Below, piece after piece: positions 30,033-41,805 of a stretch of DNA of 64,000 nucleotides. Each line of letters begins with the position of its first letter. Position 1 is the stretch's first letter. Origin of the DNA: an uncultured cyanobacterium (GTDB lineage: Bacteria > Cyanobacteriota > Cyanobacteriia > Cyanobacteriales > CAWUOF01); NCBI GenBank assembly GCA_963744145.1, contig CAVUSO010000001.1, forward strand, positions 3,072,001 to 3,136,000, given 5' to 3'. A program made the translations under genes and the position numbers. A model generated the notes under the pieces. That model made no database searches and was not told the DNA's origin. It was given only the letters and a program-made list of their open reading frames with translations.

Positions 30033-31088
30033 TTAGAAATTAATATTTCCTAAAATCACTGATTTTAAAATATTAATTCTGGTTCTAGTTTTTTCAATTC
30101 CGATTGAAGAAACTAAGGAGGTTGTAATAGCATCATAATAATCTTTAGCTGTCGGAATACTGATTCTTTGTTCAGGAGAATCTACCAATTTCAAAAAGCG
30201 ATCTAGTCTATTACCAACCTCAGAATCTATCTCTAATAAATTTTCATGATTTAATTCTGAAATAGCACCAAAAAGCGAATAAAAATCTGCTTGATTTTTT
30301 AATCTCGTTTTACATAATTTTATATTTTGAGAAGATTTGTCTATAATATCTTTGATGAAGTTAATAACTTTTTTAAAATTATCTTCTATTTCATCTTTAT
30401 TATCCCAAGCTAAATCTCGATCGTTAAAAGCTTTATCCAAATCGTCTTGACGATAGGATTTCACACCTTCCTCTAAAAAAAGTAAAAGTAGAGTTACAAA
30501 CTCTACATCTTTCATTTGTTTTTTTGATTTGGGAGGAATTGAGGGAAAGTTTGTTGGGAGAGCTGAAACTATCCAGTCAGTTAAATCTTCCACAGTAGTA
30601 ATAAATACTCCATTAAACCTAGCGTGTCGAAGTTCTTGAGGTGTTAATTTACTAACATTACGATTAATGCGGTCAAATATATCATTGATAATTTTTTCAT
30701 CGTTAGATGGGACATATTCAACTGCAAACTGATATTTCCAGAAGTTTTGTTTGATCTCGTTTTCTAAATCTTGAAAATATTTACCTCTAAGTCTTGTAAT
30801 AGTTGCTGTTTCACTTACAGGAAAATTATTTTCAGCAAACTCGAATAAAGTAGATAATCTTTGTTTACCATCAACAACACTATACTTAGAGATCCCTTCA
30901 GGAGTAATTTCTTGATATAGAAATATCGCCGGAGATGGATACCCATTAAGTACAGTATCAATAAAAAAGTCTTTGTACTCTTGATTCCAAACACTGCGTC
31001 TTTGATAGGGTGGATCGAGATCGAGTAGTTTTCTGGTGTGGAGATCCCAAAACCAAGAAATAGTTTGAAAATTGATGGCTCGACTCAT
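30033..31088 (-). CDS. DUF262 (GmrS/ParB-like) domain protein
   Basis: PYQRRSVW, FIDTVLNGYPSPAIFL, VVDGKQRL, IFDRINR...LTPQE. Confidence 0.92.
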   Translation of the reverse strand: MSRAINFQTISWFWDLHTRKLLDLDPPYQRRSVWNQEYKDFFIDTVLNGYPSPAIFLYQEITPEGISKYSVVDGKQRLSTLFEFAENNFPVSETATITRLRGKYFQDLENEIKQNFWKYQFAVEYVPSNDEKIINDIFDRINRNVSKLTPQELRHARFNGVFITTVEDLTDWIVSALPTNFPSIPPKSKKQMKDVEFVTLLLLFLEEGVKSYRQDDLDKAFNDRDLAWDNKDEIEDNFKKVINFIKDIIDKSSQNIKLCKTRLKNQADFYSLFGAISELNHENLLEIDSEVGNRLDRFLKLVDSPEQRISIPTAKDYYDAITTSLVSSIGIEKTRTRINILKSVILGNINF

Positions 31089-31319
31089 ATTACTTTTCTC
31101 TAATAGGTTATTTTAACTAAATTGGCATCCCCTGAACATAAATAGGGATTTGTCCACGGATGCAGGCTATTTCAGGTTTAGGGCTGGCCATACATCTGTT
31201 TAATTGAGTGTACCATATTTATCTGGAATAGGCTGCACGATCGCTAATTTCGGATTGACTAGATTTCTGGAAATGCGATCGGGATGATTAATATCATATA
31301 AGTGGACTATTAAAAAAAA

Positions 31320-31344
31320 TTGGACAGGCAAAATGTCTGTCCAA
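31320..31344. terminator. REP-derived hairpin downstream of PEP-CTERM gene
   Basis: TTGGACAGGCA-AAA-TGTCTGTCCAA with adjacent A-tract; related to REP at 386-507. Confidence 0.65.
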
Positions 31345-31382
31345 TAATTATTCAAAAGAACCTGATGCAAGCTTTCTATTGA

Positions 31383-32069
31383 TTAAGCTTGTTTTTGTTG
31401 TTTACGTTTGCGGGAATAAGCAGCAAAAGCACCGAATCCGAGAGTTCCCAAAATAGTAGCTGGTTCAGGAACAGCTTCTTTATAAGCATAGTTATCACTT
31501 TCAAAAGCAACACCTGTAGCTGAAAGTGTTACTGAAGTAAAGTCCTGACCAGGAGCGGCAAAGAAATTAGCAAAAAAGTTAGCTTCTGAACCTGTCCAAC
31601 TTCCATCCGCTTTTCCGGCTAAATCACCACCACCATAAGTAGCCAATAATGTACTACCGTTATAGAAAGAGATTTGGTTATAGTTGTCAGCTGATCCCCA
31701 GTACATCCCAAAATAATCGATCGCGTTAGCAAAGTTAATCGTGACACTACCTGTCGCACCAGCAGTTTTATAACCTACTGGAGTAATGGTCATATATTGG
31801 GAATTATCACCAGCGGGGTTACCATGGTCATTAACTTTTCCACCTGTAACCAAGCTAGTAGAGTTGTAACCAGTAAAAGTTGCATTTCCGGTAGTGGGAA
31901 AACCGTTGTTTAAATCGATGGTAGTGGCTCCTACAACACTGGTTTCTAAACCTTGTCCACTAACTGCTGTACCACCACTGGTGAAGTTAATTGCACTGGC
32001 TGGTTTTTGGGCAACTAGGAGAGCTGCGGTACTTACTAATGTTAAGGTGGTGAGTAGTTTGATATTCAT
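31383..32069 (-). CDS. PEP-CTERM exosortase-dependent surface protein (Npun_F0296-like)
   Basis: Signal peptide from MNIKLL, YFGMYWGSADNYN, AFESDN, VPEP-TM-basic tail. Confidence 0.9.
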   Translation of the reverse strand: MNIKLLTTLTLVSTAALLVAQKPASAINFTSGGTAVSGQGLETSVVGATTIDLNNGFPTTGNATFTGYNSTSLVTGGKVNDHGNPAGDNSQYMTITPVGYKTAGATGSVTINFANAIDYFGMYWGSADNYNQISFYNGSTLLATYGGGDLAGKADGSWTGSEANFFANFFAAPGQDFTSVTLSATGVAFESDNYAYKEAVPEPATILGTLGFGAFAAYSRKRKQQKQA

Positions 32070-32466
32070 GGTTTGGGGGATCTCCTTTTTTAGGTCTTTA
32101 GAACTATTTTTAGAACAATTAGGTTTACTTAGATTTACTGGAACCGAAACATAAAAACTTTTACTTTTACTTTTCGTTTTTACTGAACTTCGCTTTCCAT
32201 AATTTAACTGTATGTCATTTGTTTGGAGTTGATCCGACTTTTGAGAGTTTTTACTCACTCTTTACAATTTTCTTCATATTAGCTTTAAATATCAATCTTT
32301 TTTTTTCCTAGAAAGAAACTAAATTAAGGCTCAAATCATTGTATTGTAAGGATCTTACCAACGATGAGTTTAGGCAAAAATTATTTTGCTGTTAGAATAA
32401 ATTAAGCTCCATGATCGAGCATAAATAATAGTTGATTAACCAACCGGGTACAGAGGATAAATAGGG

Positions 32467-35400
32467 ATGTCAGTAAATTCTACTAATAAACGCTGGCAAT
32501 TTTGGATCGATCGTGGTGGGACATTTACCGATATTGTGGCCCAATGTCCCGATGGAAAGTTATTAATTCATAAATTGTTGTCAGAGAATCCTGCAAGTTA
32601 TCTCGATGCACCCATCCAAGGAATTCGGGAAATTCTAGGACTTGCTCCTGAGCAACCGATCCCATTTGCAGAAATTGAAGTGGTCAAAATGGGGACAACT
32701 GTTGCTACTAATGCACTTTTAGAAAGAAGGGGCGATCGCACAGTTTTACTAATTACTAAAGGATTCCGAGATGCACTAAGGATTGGTTATCAAAATCGTC
32801 CTGATATCTTTGCTCGACAGATTGTCCTCCCAGAAATGCTCTATGAGGAAGTTATTGAGGTGGAAGAACGTTATAGTGCTACAGGAGAAGAGTTAATTCC
32901 GTTAGTAGAAACTCAATTTATCTCAGCATTACAGGAAGTTTATCAGCGTGGAATTCGTTCTTGTGCTATAGTTTTTATTCATGGTTATCGTTATCCCGAG
33001 CATGAACAAGCAGTAGCAAAAATAGCCAAAAAAATTGGATTTACTCAAATTTCCGTTTCTCATCAAGTCAGTCCCTTAATGAAATTAGTTAGTCGAGGTG
33101 ATACTACTGTTGTTGATGCTTATTTATCTCCCATTCTCCACCGTTATGTAGAACAAGTAGCAGCACAGTTATCCAATACTCCCTTAATGTTTATGCAATC
33201 TCATGGTGGATTAGTAGATGCTCATCAGTTTCAAGGAAAAGATAGCATCTTATCTGGACCAGCAGGAGGAATTGTTGGTGCTGTGGAAATAAGTGCGATC
33301 GCTGGATACCAAAAAATTATTAGTTTTGATATGGGTGGTACTTCTACTGATGTAGCTCATTATGATGGAGAATATGAACGAGAATTTGAAACAGAAATTG
33401 CTGGAGTTAGATTAAGAACTCCAATTATGTCAATTCATACAGTTGCTGCTGGAGGAGGTTCGATTCTTACTTTTACACCAGGAAGATATCGAGTTGGACC
33501 AGAATCAGCAGGAGCAAATCCAGGTCCAGCTTGTTATTGTCAAGGTGGTCCATTAACGGTTACTGATTGTAATGTGATGTTAGGTAAAATTCAACCAGAT
33601 TTTTTTCCCAAAGTGTTTGGAGTGGATCGGAATTTACCTTTAGATCGAGCAATAGTTCAAGAGAAATTTGCTCAATTAACTAGAGAAATTGGAGATGGGA
33701 GATCACCGGAACAAGTAGCATCAGGATTTTTAGCGATCGCAGTGGAAAAAATGTCTAGTGCGATTAAGAAAATTTCGCTTCAACGGGGATATGATGTTTC
33801 TGAATATACTCTATGTTGTTTTGGTGGTGCTGGAGGACAACACGCTTGTGCGATCGCTGATGCGTTAGGAATGAAACGAATATTAATTCATCCTTATGCT
33901 GGAGTTTTATCTGCTTATGGAATGGGATTAGCTGCACTAAGAGTGATGCGGGAAAAAGCTGTAGAATCTCTATTAAATCCTGATATTATTTCAGAATTAA
34001 AGCAATTTTTAGAAAAATTAGAAATAGCAGGAAAACAAGAATTTGACCGTCTCTCTCCAGCAGATTTCCACCAGATTCAGGTACTAAAAAAAGTCCATTT
34101 GCGTTATGAAGGAACAGATTCATCGCTACTGGTCACCTTTGATAATCAAGAAAAGATGCAGGAAGAATTTGCTCAAGCACATCGTCAACGATATGGATTT
34201 TTTATCCCAGAAAAACCCCTAATAGTTGAAGCAGTTTCGGTGGAATTAGTGCATCGAAATAAAGTCCCAGAAGAACCAATTATTAAACGTCGCAATCAGC
34301 AATTACCGATCGCGATCGCATCAACTCAAATGTATACAGCAGATCAGTGGTACGAAACACCTATATATCAACGGAATGATCTCCAACCAGGAGATATTAT
34401 TATCGGTCCAGCAATTATAATTGAAGCAACTGGAACCAATGTAATTGAACCAGGATGGAAAGCAATCTTAACTGAGCGTAATCATTTAATTTTATCAGTT
34501 ATTAACCAAGAGACAAAACTTCTTGTCCAAACCAAGATTACTAATCAAACCGCAGATCCGGTGATGTTAGAGATTTTTAATAATTTATTTCGAGCGATCG
34601 CAGAACAAATGGGAATTACCTTACAAAACACCAGTTCATCAGTCAATATTAAAGAACGTCTAGATTTTTCCTGTGCTATTTTCGATCATCAGGGACAATT
34701 AGTAGCAAATGCACCACATATCCCCGTCCATTTGGGTTCAATGAGCGAAAGCGTGAAAAGTTTAATTGATGCTTGTGGTAATACCATAAAACCAGGAGAT
34801 GTTTATATGTCAAACAATCCCTATAATGGTGGTACGCATCTCCCTGATATTACAGTAATTACTCCTGTATTTCATCCTGATCAGAATCAAGAACAAAACT
34901 ATCCTCTATTTTATGTTGCAGCACGAGGACACCATGCGGATATTGGTGGAATTACACCTGGCTCTATGCCTCCTCATAGTATCATAGTAGAGCAAGAAGG
35001 TGTATTGATTGACAATTTTCAGCTAGTCAAAGCAGATACTTTTCGCGAAAAAGAATTATTAGAATTACTGACATCTGGTAATTACCCAGCTCGCAATCCT
35101 GAGAAAAATGTAGCAGATTTACAAGCACAAATTGCGGCAAATAAACGGGGGGTACAAGAACTAACTAAGATGGTAATCTATTACGGATTAGAAACTGTAC
35201 AAGCTTATATGGGTTATGTCCAGGATCATGCTGAAGAATCAGTACGTCAAGCGATTGAGGTATTAACTGATGGAGAATTTACCTATCCATTAGATCAGGG
35301 TGGACAAATTCAAGTTACTATTAGCATTAATAAATCCACTCGTAGTGCTAAAATTGACTTCACTGGTACATCTAGTCAACTTCCCAGTAATTTTAATGCT

Positions 35401-36099
35401 CCTTCAGCAGTTTGTCAAGCAGCAGTTTTATATGTCTTTCGGACTTTAGTGAAGGGAGATATTCCTCTTAATGCGGGTTGTCTCAAACCCTTAGAAATTA
35501 TTATTCCCGCAGGATGTATGTTAAATCCAAGTTATCCTGCTGCTGTAGTTGCGGGAAATGTCGAAACATCCCAAAATATCACTGATGCTTTGTACTGTGC
35601 ATTAGGAGTAATGGCAGCATCTCAGGGAACAATGAATAATTTTACCTTTGGTAATGAACAATATCAATATTATGAAACCATCTGTGGTGGTTCCGGTGCT
35701 GGGGTTAATTTTCATGGGACTGATGCAGTTCAAACCCACATGACTAATTCTCGTCTCACCGATCCAGAAGTGTTAGAATGGCGCTTTCCTGTATTATTAC
35801 AAAGTTTTTCTATTCGTGCTAATAGCGGTGGTATGGGTGATTATTGTGGAGGTAATGGAGTAATTCGTCGGATGCAATTTCGATCCCTTATGACTGCGGC
35901 AATTTTATCAAGTCGTCGGGTAATTCCACCCTACGGTTTACATGGTGGAGGTAATGGAGCAGTAGGTAAAAATTGGGTAGAGCGTAGAGATGGAACTATT
36001 GAAGAATTAGGTAGCAGTGCTACAGTTGAAATGCAACCTGGAGATGTATTTGTAATTGAGACTCCCGGAGGAGGAGGTTGTTTATCTAGATCAGCATAA
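32467..36099 (+). CDS. 5-oxoprolinase / hydantoinase A+B fusion
   Basis: [37 protein letters not shown]. Confidence 0.95.
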   Translation: MSVNSTNKRWQFWIDRGGTFTDIVAQCPDGKLLIHKLLSENPASYLDAPIQGIREILGLAPEQPIPFAEIEVVKMGTTVATNALLERRGDRTVLLITKGFRDALRIGYQNRPDIFARQIVLPEMLYEEVIEVEERYSATGEELIPLVETQFISALQEVYQRGIRSCAIVFIHGYRYPEHEQAVAKIAKKIGFTQISVSHQVSPLMKLVSRGDTTVVDAYLSPILHRYVEQVAAQLSNTPLMFMQSHGGLVDAHQFQGKDSILSGPAGGIVGAVEISAIAGYQKIISFDMGGTSTDVAHYDGEYEREFETEIAGVRLRTPIMSIHTVAAGGGSILTFTPGRYRVGPESAGANPGPACYCQGGPLTVTDCNVMLGKIQPDFFPKVFGVDRNLPLDRAIVQEKFAQLTREIGDGRSPEQVASGFLAIAVEKMSSAIKKISLQRGYDVSEYTLCCFGGAGGQHACAIADALGMKRILIHPYAGVLSAYGMGLAALRVMREKAVESLLNPDIISELKQFLEKLEIAGKQEFDRLSPADFHQIQVLKKVHLRYEGTDSSLLVTFDNQEKMQEEFAQAHRQRYGFFIPEKPLIVEAVSVELVHRNKVPEEPIIKRRNQQLPIAIASTQMYTADQWYETPIYQRNDLQPGDIIIGPAIIIEATGTNVIEPGWKAILTERNHLILSVINQETKLLVQTKITNQTADPVMLEIFNNLFRAIAEQMGITLQNTSSSVNIKERLDFSCAIFDHQGQLVANAPHIPVHLGSMSESVKSLIDACGNTIKPGDVYMSNNPYNGGTHLPDITVITPVFHPDQNQEQNYPLFYVAARGHHADIGGITPGSMPPHSIIVEQEGVLIDNFQLVKADTFREKELLELLTSGNYPARNPEKNVADLQAQIAANKRGVQELTKMVIYYGLETVQAYMGYVQDHAEESVRQAIEVLTDGEFTYPLDQGGQIQVTISINKSTRSAKIDFTGTSSQLPSNFNAPSAVCQAAVLYVFRTLVKGDIPLNAGCLKPLEIIIPAGCMLNPSYPAAVVAGNVETSQNITDALYCALGVMAASQGTMNNFTFGNEQYQYYETICGGSGAGVNFHGTDAVQTHMTNSRLTDPEVLEWRFPVLLQSFSIRANSGGMGDYCGGNGVIRRMQFRSLMTAAILSSRRVIPPYGLHGGGNGAVGKNWVERRDGTIEELGSSATVEMQPGDVFVIETPGGGGCLSRSA

Positions 36100-36144
36100 T
36101 TCCATCTAGTAGAGACTAATCCCATTACAAAAGAGATCCTATTC

Positions 36145-36723
36145 ATGACTACTAAAACTCTACATCTTCATCAAGAACAGCGGTTAATGTTATCTGGTGT
36201 CTCATGGGATCAATATAAAACCTTAGACGCAAACTTAGAATCTATTCCCGGAATCAGGCTGACCTATTTTCATGGTAATCTGGAATTTATGACTATTTCT
36301 GAGGAACACGAAGACATTAAAAGCTTACTTGGTACATTAATAGAACTTTACCTATTAGAAATAGGAATGCGTTACTATCGTCGCGGTGGACCTACTATAA
36401 AAAAAGAACCAGATGTAGAATTGATTCCCGATGAAACTTTTCATTTTGGTAGTAAAAAAACTGTACCAGACCTAGCGATCGAAATTACAATTACTAGCGG
36501 TACTATTGCCAAATTACTAGGATATCAAACTTTAAAAGTTCCCGAAGTATGGTTTTGGAAAAATGGTAAACTCAGCCTTTACGATCTCAAACCAGATGGT
36601 TATCAAGAAACAGACCAGAGTAAATTTTTGCCAGATTTAGATTTAACCATGTTGGTGCGATGTCTTAACATATCTGATCAATATGATGCGATCGCCCAAT
36701 TTCGTCAAGCAATTAAAAAATAG
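36145..36723 (+). CDS. Uma2 family endonuclease
   Basis: GVSWDQY, PDLAIEI, VPEVWFW. Confidence 0.9.
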   Translation: MTTKTLHLHQEQRLMLSGVSWDQYKTLDANLESIPGIRLTYFHGNLEFMTISEEHEDIKSLLGTLIELYLLEIGMRYYRRGGPTIKKEPDVELIPDETFHFGSKKTVPDLAIEITITSGTIAKLLGYQTLKVPEVWFWKNGKLSLYDLKPDGYQETDQSKFLPDLDLTMLVRCLNISDQYDAIAQFRQAIKK

Positions 36724-36763
36724 ATGGTATCTAGACTTACCTGAGCGGGGAGTGAGTGCTAAT

Positions 36764-37705
36764 CTAATCATGTAAAGTCCCATCGGGCATAGTTGCTCCA
36801 GTCAAAATTGTCCCTTGTTTTTCTGCGGTATTCAAATTAGCATCCCACAGATAAGCCCCCCGTAAACTAGTCGCTGTTAAATTAGCATCCCAAAGATTAG
36901 CTTTAATTAAATTTGCTCCAGTTAAATCCGCTTCACTCAAATCCGCTTCATGCAAATTTGCTTTACTTAAATTTGCTTCGCACAAATCTGCTTTCGCGAG
37001 ATTTGCTCGTACTAAATTAGTTCTATACAAATTTGACCGAGACAGTAGCGTCACCCGTAATTCAGCATCACTCAAGTTAGCTGTGTTTAAGTTAGCTTTA
37101 CTCAAATTAGCACCACTTAATTTTGCCATACTTAAATCTACCCCATCCAAATCTACTTCATGTAAATCTACCCCATTCAAATATGCACCACTCAGTTTTA
37201 CTCCATTCAGTAAAGCTCCTCCCAACAAAGCACCACTCAATCTAGCACCACATAGGTTAGCCCAATTTAGATTAGCTTTAACTAGATTAGCAGAGCGTAA
37301 ATTTATCCCTCGCAAATCTGCACCGCAAAAATTAACTTCACCTAAATTAGCTAAACGTAGATTTACTCCAGTTAAGATTGCTCCACTCAATTTTGCTTTG
37401 GTTAAGATTGATTTAACTAAGTAAGCTCCTTGGAGATTAGCTTTGGTTAAATCAGCATTGATCAGTCTTGCTTCATTAATCTTGGCAAAACTCAAATTAG
37501 CTCGATATAATATAGTTGCACCCAGATTAGCTCCCGTTAACACAGCTCGACTAAGATTAACTGCGGTCAGATTAGCACCGGAAAAATTAGCACCAACTAA
37601 GGTCATTCTTTCCAGGTTAGCTCCGTAGAGATTAAGATCACGAAAATCTCGTTCTCCGCTTGTATATCGCTTAAATAATTCAGTCGATTCCATCATATTC
37701 CTCAT
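36764..37705 (-). CDS. Pentapeptide repeat protein
   Basis: ELFKRYTSGERDF cap, ANLxx repeats, GATMPDG. Confidence 0.93.
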   Translation of the reverse strand: MRNMMESTELFKRYTSGERDFRDLNLYGANLERMTLVGANFSGANLTAVNLSRAVLTGANLGATILYRANLSFAKINEARLINADLTKANLQGAYLVKSILTKAKLSGAILTGVNLRLANLGEVNFCGADLRGINLRSANLVKANLNWANLCGARLSGALLGGALLNGVKLSGAYLNGVDLHEVDLDGVDLSMAKLSGANLSKANLNTANLSDAELRVTLLSRSNLYRTNLVRANLAKADLCEANLSKANLHEADLSEADLTGANLIKANLWDANLTATSLRGAYLWDANLNTAEKQGTILTGATMPDGTLHD

Positions 37706-38004
37706 GGGGATATTAATTATGTTATTAGATTAAAACCAGAGCTAAATTAATATTTTTAAATATCAATTGAATAGTTAGTACCAAAAATCAATCAGGTATG
37801 GTGAGCGATCGCCTTTTTCCCAATCAAATCATCTCAGCAGTATTCCTAGTAGCGATCGCCCTAACTATTGCCAAAAACTAGAGATTGAATTGTCTAATCT
37901 TGATGGTTAATCGGCGCAGAAAAATCTCATATTTTTCCCATCTTAGCATAAAATTGGGTAATAGGTAAAAAAGCTAGATCAATAATTACCAATTACCCAC
38001 AAAT

Positions 38005-38619
38005 TTATTCGTCGTAGATGCGAGCCTCGAACGCATCGGGATTTTCTTCACAGTAAATCTCAAAAGCGGTTTTCAGAGGTTTTTGTGCCCGCTGATGAGC
38101 AGCTTCAGCTTGCAATTCTTCAACGGTATCCCAAGCAACCGCACATTCTTTAGAACCAGCACCTTTACTCAGACCAATAGCACGAGCTTCAGCAATGGCT
38201 TTTTCAATTTCTTCTTGAAGAACCAGACTTTTTGGTTTTTCTACAAAGTCACCTTTAGTCAGAATATCCGTAATCGAAATCACACCGAGTAACTTGTCCC
38301 TAATGACTGGAGCTTGATGAATACCAGTATGGGCAAATAATCTCGCTACATACTCCACACCTAGATCGGGATTAACCACAATACAAGGTTTAGTCATAAT
38401 TTCGTAGACGCGAACACTCTTAGGATCTTTTCCAAAAGCCGCAACCTTGTATACCACATCAGTTTCTGTCACTATGCCATAGGGATCGGCGGCATGACGC
38501 TGTTGTACTACCAAAGTATGTAGTTTTTTTTCTTTCATTAGTAACACTGCATCAGCCACAGTAGCCGAGCCGCGAATAGTGACCACATCTTTGGTCATAA
38601 TATCTTCGGCTTTCATCAT
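38005..38619 (-). CDS. CBS-CP12 fusion protein
   Basis: CBS pair then CP12 core AWDTVEEL and YCEENPDAFEARIYD. Confidence 0.92.
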   Translation of the reverse strand: MMKAEDIMTKDVVTIRGSATVADAVLLMKEKKLHTLVVQQRHAADPYGIVTETDVVYKVAAFGKDPKSVRVYEIMTKPCIVVNPDLGVEYVARLFAHTGIHQAPVIRDKLLGVISITDILTKGDFVEKPKSLVLQEEIEKAIAEARAIGLSKGAGSKECAVAWDTVEELQAEAAHQRAQKPLKTAFEIYCEENPDAFEARIYDE

Positions 38620-38697
38620 GACTATCTCTCCTGGAAACGAAGAATGTCTACTTTGCTATTATAGAATAGAGAAGAACACCGATCAAATCAAAAATTA

Positions 38698-39321
38698 TTA
38701 ATGTAGATCCACTTCCCAGATGCCAATGTAGATGCGATCGCTTTGGTCTCGTTCAATCAAACCTGACAGATTATCTAGTCTAAATTCATAACTTTTCGAC
38801 TTTCTCTGTCGCACTTGCTGAAACCCTTGCTTGATCTCTTCACTCAACTTACATCCGAGCATGCCATTCAAAGTTTTGAAAATCACCTGAGTATCAACAA
38901 AATCATCAAAGGCTGCTTCACTTTGGCGTAATTTTTCCGAATCGAGATCAAATAAAAATCCCAAACTGACCTGACCAGGAATCAAATCATAGCTAATCGC
39001 TTTGGTATTTGGCCAATAACCTGAACGAATTTGCTTAGGTACACCGAACATTCTTAGGACTGCGCTTTGATGTATACCGGGTTCAAATCCGGGAATTCCC
39101 ACCCCAATCGGCTGTTTTTCACAAATATTCTCGTTAATCACTTCTAACGGAGATAATTGATCCAGCCAAACAGGCAGATATTGTAACAATCGGGAAGGCT
39201 GAGCTGCAATCGGTTCAACAGGGGCATAAATTTTCGCTAACATCAACTGCGGGAAGCCACTGAGCAGGAGAGAAATTACAAAAGAGGGAGAAATCGCTTT
39301 CATGGGGCGAATCTGTAACAA
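38698..39321 (-). CDS. Hypothetical exported protein resembling the C-terminal domain of cyanobacterial Ser/Thr kinases
   Basis: GYWPNTKA..YDLIPGQVSLGFLFD...LRQSEAAF...RIYIGIWE. Confidence 0.65.
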   Translation of the reverse strand: MLQIRPMKAISPSFVISLLLSGFPQLMLAKIYAPVEPIAAQPSRLLQYLPVWLDQLSPLEVINENICEKQPIGVGIPGFEPGIHQSAVLRMFGVPKQIRSGYWPNTKAISYDLIPGQVSLGFLFDLDSEKLRQSEAAFDDFVDTQVIFKTLNGMLGCKLSEEIKQGFQQVRQRKSKSYEFRLDNLSGLIERDQSDRIYIGIWEVDLH

Positions 39322-39556
39322 ACTGGGATCACCAGCTAAATCGCTAATTGTAGTACACCCCTCTTGCGAGCGATTAGCTGACCACAGATAGTATTTACTA
39401 CATAGTTTTCAGACACTCAGTCGTTAGCTACTCTGACTCAGACAGAATTTGCTTGATGATTGGATATTTTGATTGTAGCAAAAATTGTTTTACCTTGGCT
39501 AATTTTAAACCAATCGGTAATAAGTAAAAAGCTAACCAATTACCGATGGGAATAAC

Positions 39557-40561
39557 TTAAGCACAAAGTAATCCATCGGGCATCAGAGCACCATCAATGA
39601 TCGCATCACGCCAGTTTGTACCAATAATAGCTGCATTGCGTAAACTGGCACCGCGGAGATCTGCACCAGATAAATTGGCTCCATCTAAATCAGCTCCCCA
39701 CAGATAAGCTCCCTGTAAATTAGCTCCACTTAAGTCAGCTCCGGCTAAACAAGCTAAATTCAAGTTAGCTCCCCGGAGATCCGCTTTTCTTAAATCTGCT
39801 TCTCTTAGGTCAGCTTTCATCATCATTGCTTGACCAAGCCGACTATCACTTAAGTTTACCCCAGACAAATTCGCTTGTTTAAGATTTCCTTCTTTCAAGT
39901 CAACCAATCGCATTTGGGCCCCACGCAAATCAGTCCCAGTGAAATTAATTCCCGCTAATTGAGCACCATTTAATTTGACTTCACTTAAATCTAGACCACT
40001 GAAGTTTTCCGACTCTAAGTTAAGTCCATTGAGAAAAGCACCACTAAGTTTCACTTCATTCATCTGGGCCCCTCTTAATGAAGCACCACTTAATCTTGCT
40101 CCCGACAGATTAGCCCAGTTTAAATTAGCACCGGTGAGATTAGCCGATCGCAGATTAATCCCATTTAAGTTCGCACCACACAAATTCACTCCTGGTAAAT
40201 TAGCACGATATAAAGTCACCCAACTGAGGATAGCACCGCTAAGTTTAGCACCACTGAGATTGACATCAGCTAGGTTAGCGCCTTGAAGATTTGCTTTAGT
40301 TAAATCTGCTTCGATTAAATTACTACCTTTAAGCTTGGCAAAACTCAGATCTGTTGAGTACAGAAAAGCACCATTTAATTGTGCTTCCAACAGGAAAGCT
40401 CTACTCAAGTCTGCTCGGGCTAAAGATGCTTCTTTTAAGTTTGCACCGGTCAGGTTTACTCTCTTTAAAGTGGCACCAATCAGATTGGCTTCAATTAAGT
40501 TCGCGCCTTGAAAATCTCGATCGCCTGCTAGATAGCGTTTTAACAGTTCATAAGCATCCAT
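39557..40561 (-). CDS. Pentapeptide repeat protein
   Basis: ELLKRYLAGDRDF cap; repeats; MPDG. Confidence 0.93.
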   Translation of the reverse strand: MDAYELLKRYLAGDRDFQGANLIEANLIGATLKRVNLTGANLKEASLARADLSRAFLLEAQLNGAFLYSTDLSFAKLKGSNLIEADLTKANLQGANLADVNLSGAKLSGAILSWVTLYRANLPGVNLCGANLNGINLRSANLTGANLNWANLSGARLSGASLRGAQMNEVKLSGAFLNGLNLESENFSGLDLSEVKLNGAQLAGINFTGTDLRGAQMRLVDLKEGNLKQANLSGVNLSDSRLGQAMMMKADLREADLRKADLRGANLNLACLAGADLSGANLQGAYLWGADLDGANLSGADLRGASLRNAAIIGTNWRDAIIDGALMPDGLLCA

Positions 40562-40661
40562 ATCATTTAACCCGAATGGTTACAACACAGCTCTATAAAC
40601 TGTATAGTTCCCCAGGTTCGAGTTTCGATCACCCTTAATCAACTAAAAACGAATCTAGGAA

Positions 40662-41519
40662 TTAATCATGGGTTCTCCCATCTGGCATAATCGCACCACT
40701 TAAGTCTGCATCACGTAGATTGGCTCGAGTCAAATTAGCATCCATCAAAATCGCGTCACTCAGGATAGCACCACTTAAATTTGACCAACTTAATTTGGCC
40801 CGATATAAAGTCGCACGACGTAAATTCACACCACGTAAGCTAGTCCAACTCACATTAGCCCAGCGCAAATTAGCACCACTGAGATTCGCATTAACTAAAT
40901 TAGCACCACTAAGTTTAGCTCGACTCAAATCAGCTTCAATTAAACTGGCAGACTCTAGGATAGCACCACTAAGGATAGCGTTAATCATATTAGCTTTATC
41001 CAAAATTGCCCCACTTAAAATAGCATTAGTAAGATTAGCTCCTTCTAATATTGCCCCAGTTAATGATGCTTCCATCAAGTTAGCCCGACTCACACAAGCT
41101 TCCCGCAGGTTAGCTTGATAAAGATTACTTTTAATCATTTTGGCTTCACTCAGCATCGATTCAGATAGATTAGCTTTAGACAAAATGACATTAGTCAAAT
41201 TTGCCCGACTCAGATTAGCACCCATTAAATTAGCTTCGTCTAGATTAGCATCGCTCAGATTGGCACCAATCAGATTAATGAGACTCATATTCGCCCCACT
41301 AAAATTAGCCCCAATTAAATTCGATTCACGGAGATTGACTCCACTTAAATTAGCCCCAACCAGAATTGCCCCCCGGAAATAGCATTCCCGGAGATTGGCC
41401 TCGCTCAAATTAGCCCCGCTGAGGTCTGCTTCAATTAAGTTAACTTCACGAAAATTTCTTTCGCCCGCTGCATATTGGTTTAGCAGTTCTTTGGCATCTA
41501 TCATCTGCGACCTCGTCAA
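40662..41519 (-). CDS. Pentapeptide repeat protein
   Basis: ELLNQYAAGERNF cap; repeats; GAIMPDGRTHD. Confidence 0.93.
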   Translation of the reverse strand: MTRSQMIDAKELLNQYAAGERNFREVNLIEADLSGANLSEANLRECYFRGAILVGANLSGVNLRESNLIGANFSGANMSLINLIGANLSDANLDEANLMGANLSRANLTNVILSKANLSESMLSEAKMIKSNLYQANLREACVSRANLMEASLTGAILEGANLTNAILSGAILDKANMINAILSGAILESASLIEADLSRAKLSGANLVNANLSGANLRWANVSWTSLRGVNLRRATLYRAKLSWSNLSGAILSDAILMDANLTRANLRDADLSGAIMPDGRTHD

Positions 41520-41805
41520 TTACTTATAAGTAAGCAAGTTTAGTTGTAAATTAGTAGTCCAGCATAGATGATCAGCAAAAAGCACCTCACCTTTTCAGTC
41601 TCTGATCCCAGTTGATGGGCGCTGAAAAATTTTTCCAGCCATCTCCACCGTTGATCCAAAAAAGAAGATAAACAGACATAGATCCTGAGACAATTCAAAG
41701 TGGTCATTAGTTAGCGATCGTGGATAGATTTGCCCAAAAAGTAAGAAACTAGAAATAACTAATGACGATCAGGAAATGTTCCGGGTGGAAAGCCCGCACT
41801 AGCAA

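Noticed and set aside
37083..41382. Plus-strand ORFs with LAPxxLA repeats
   Set aside because: Antisense shadows of pentapeptide-repeat genes
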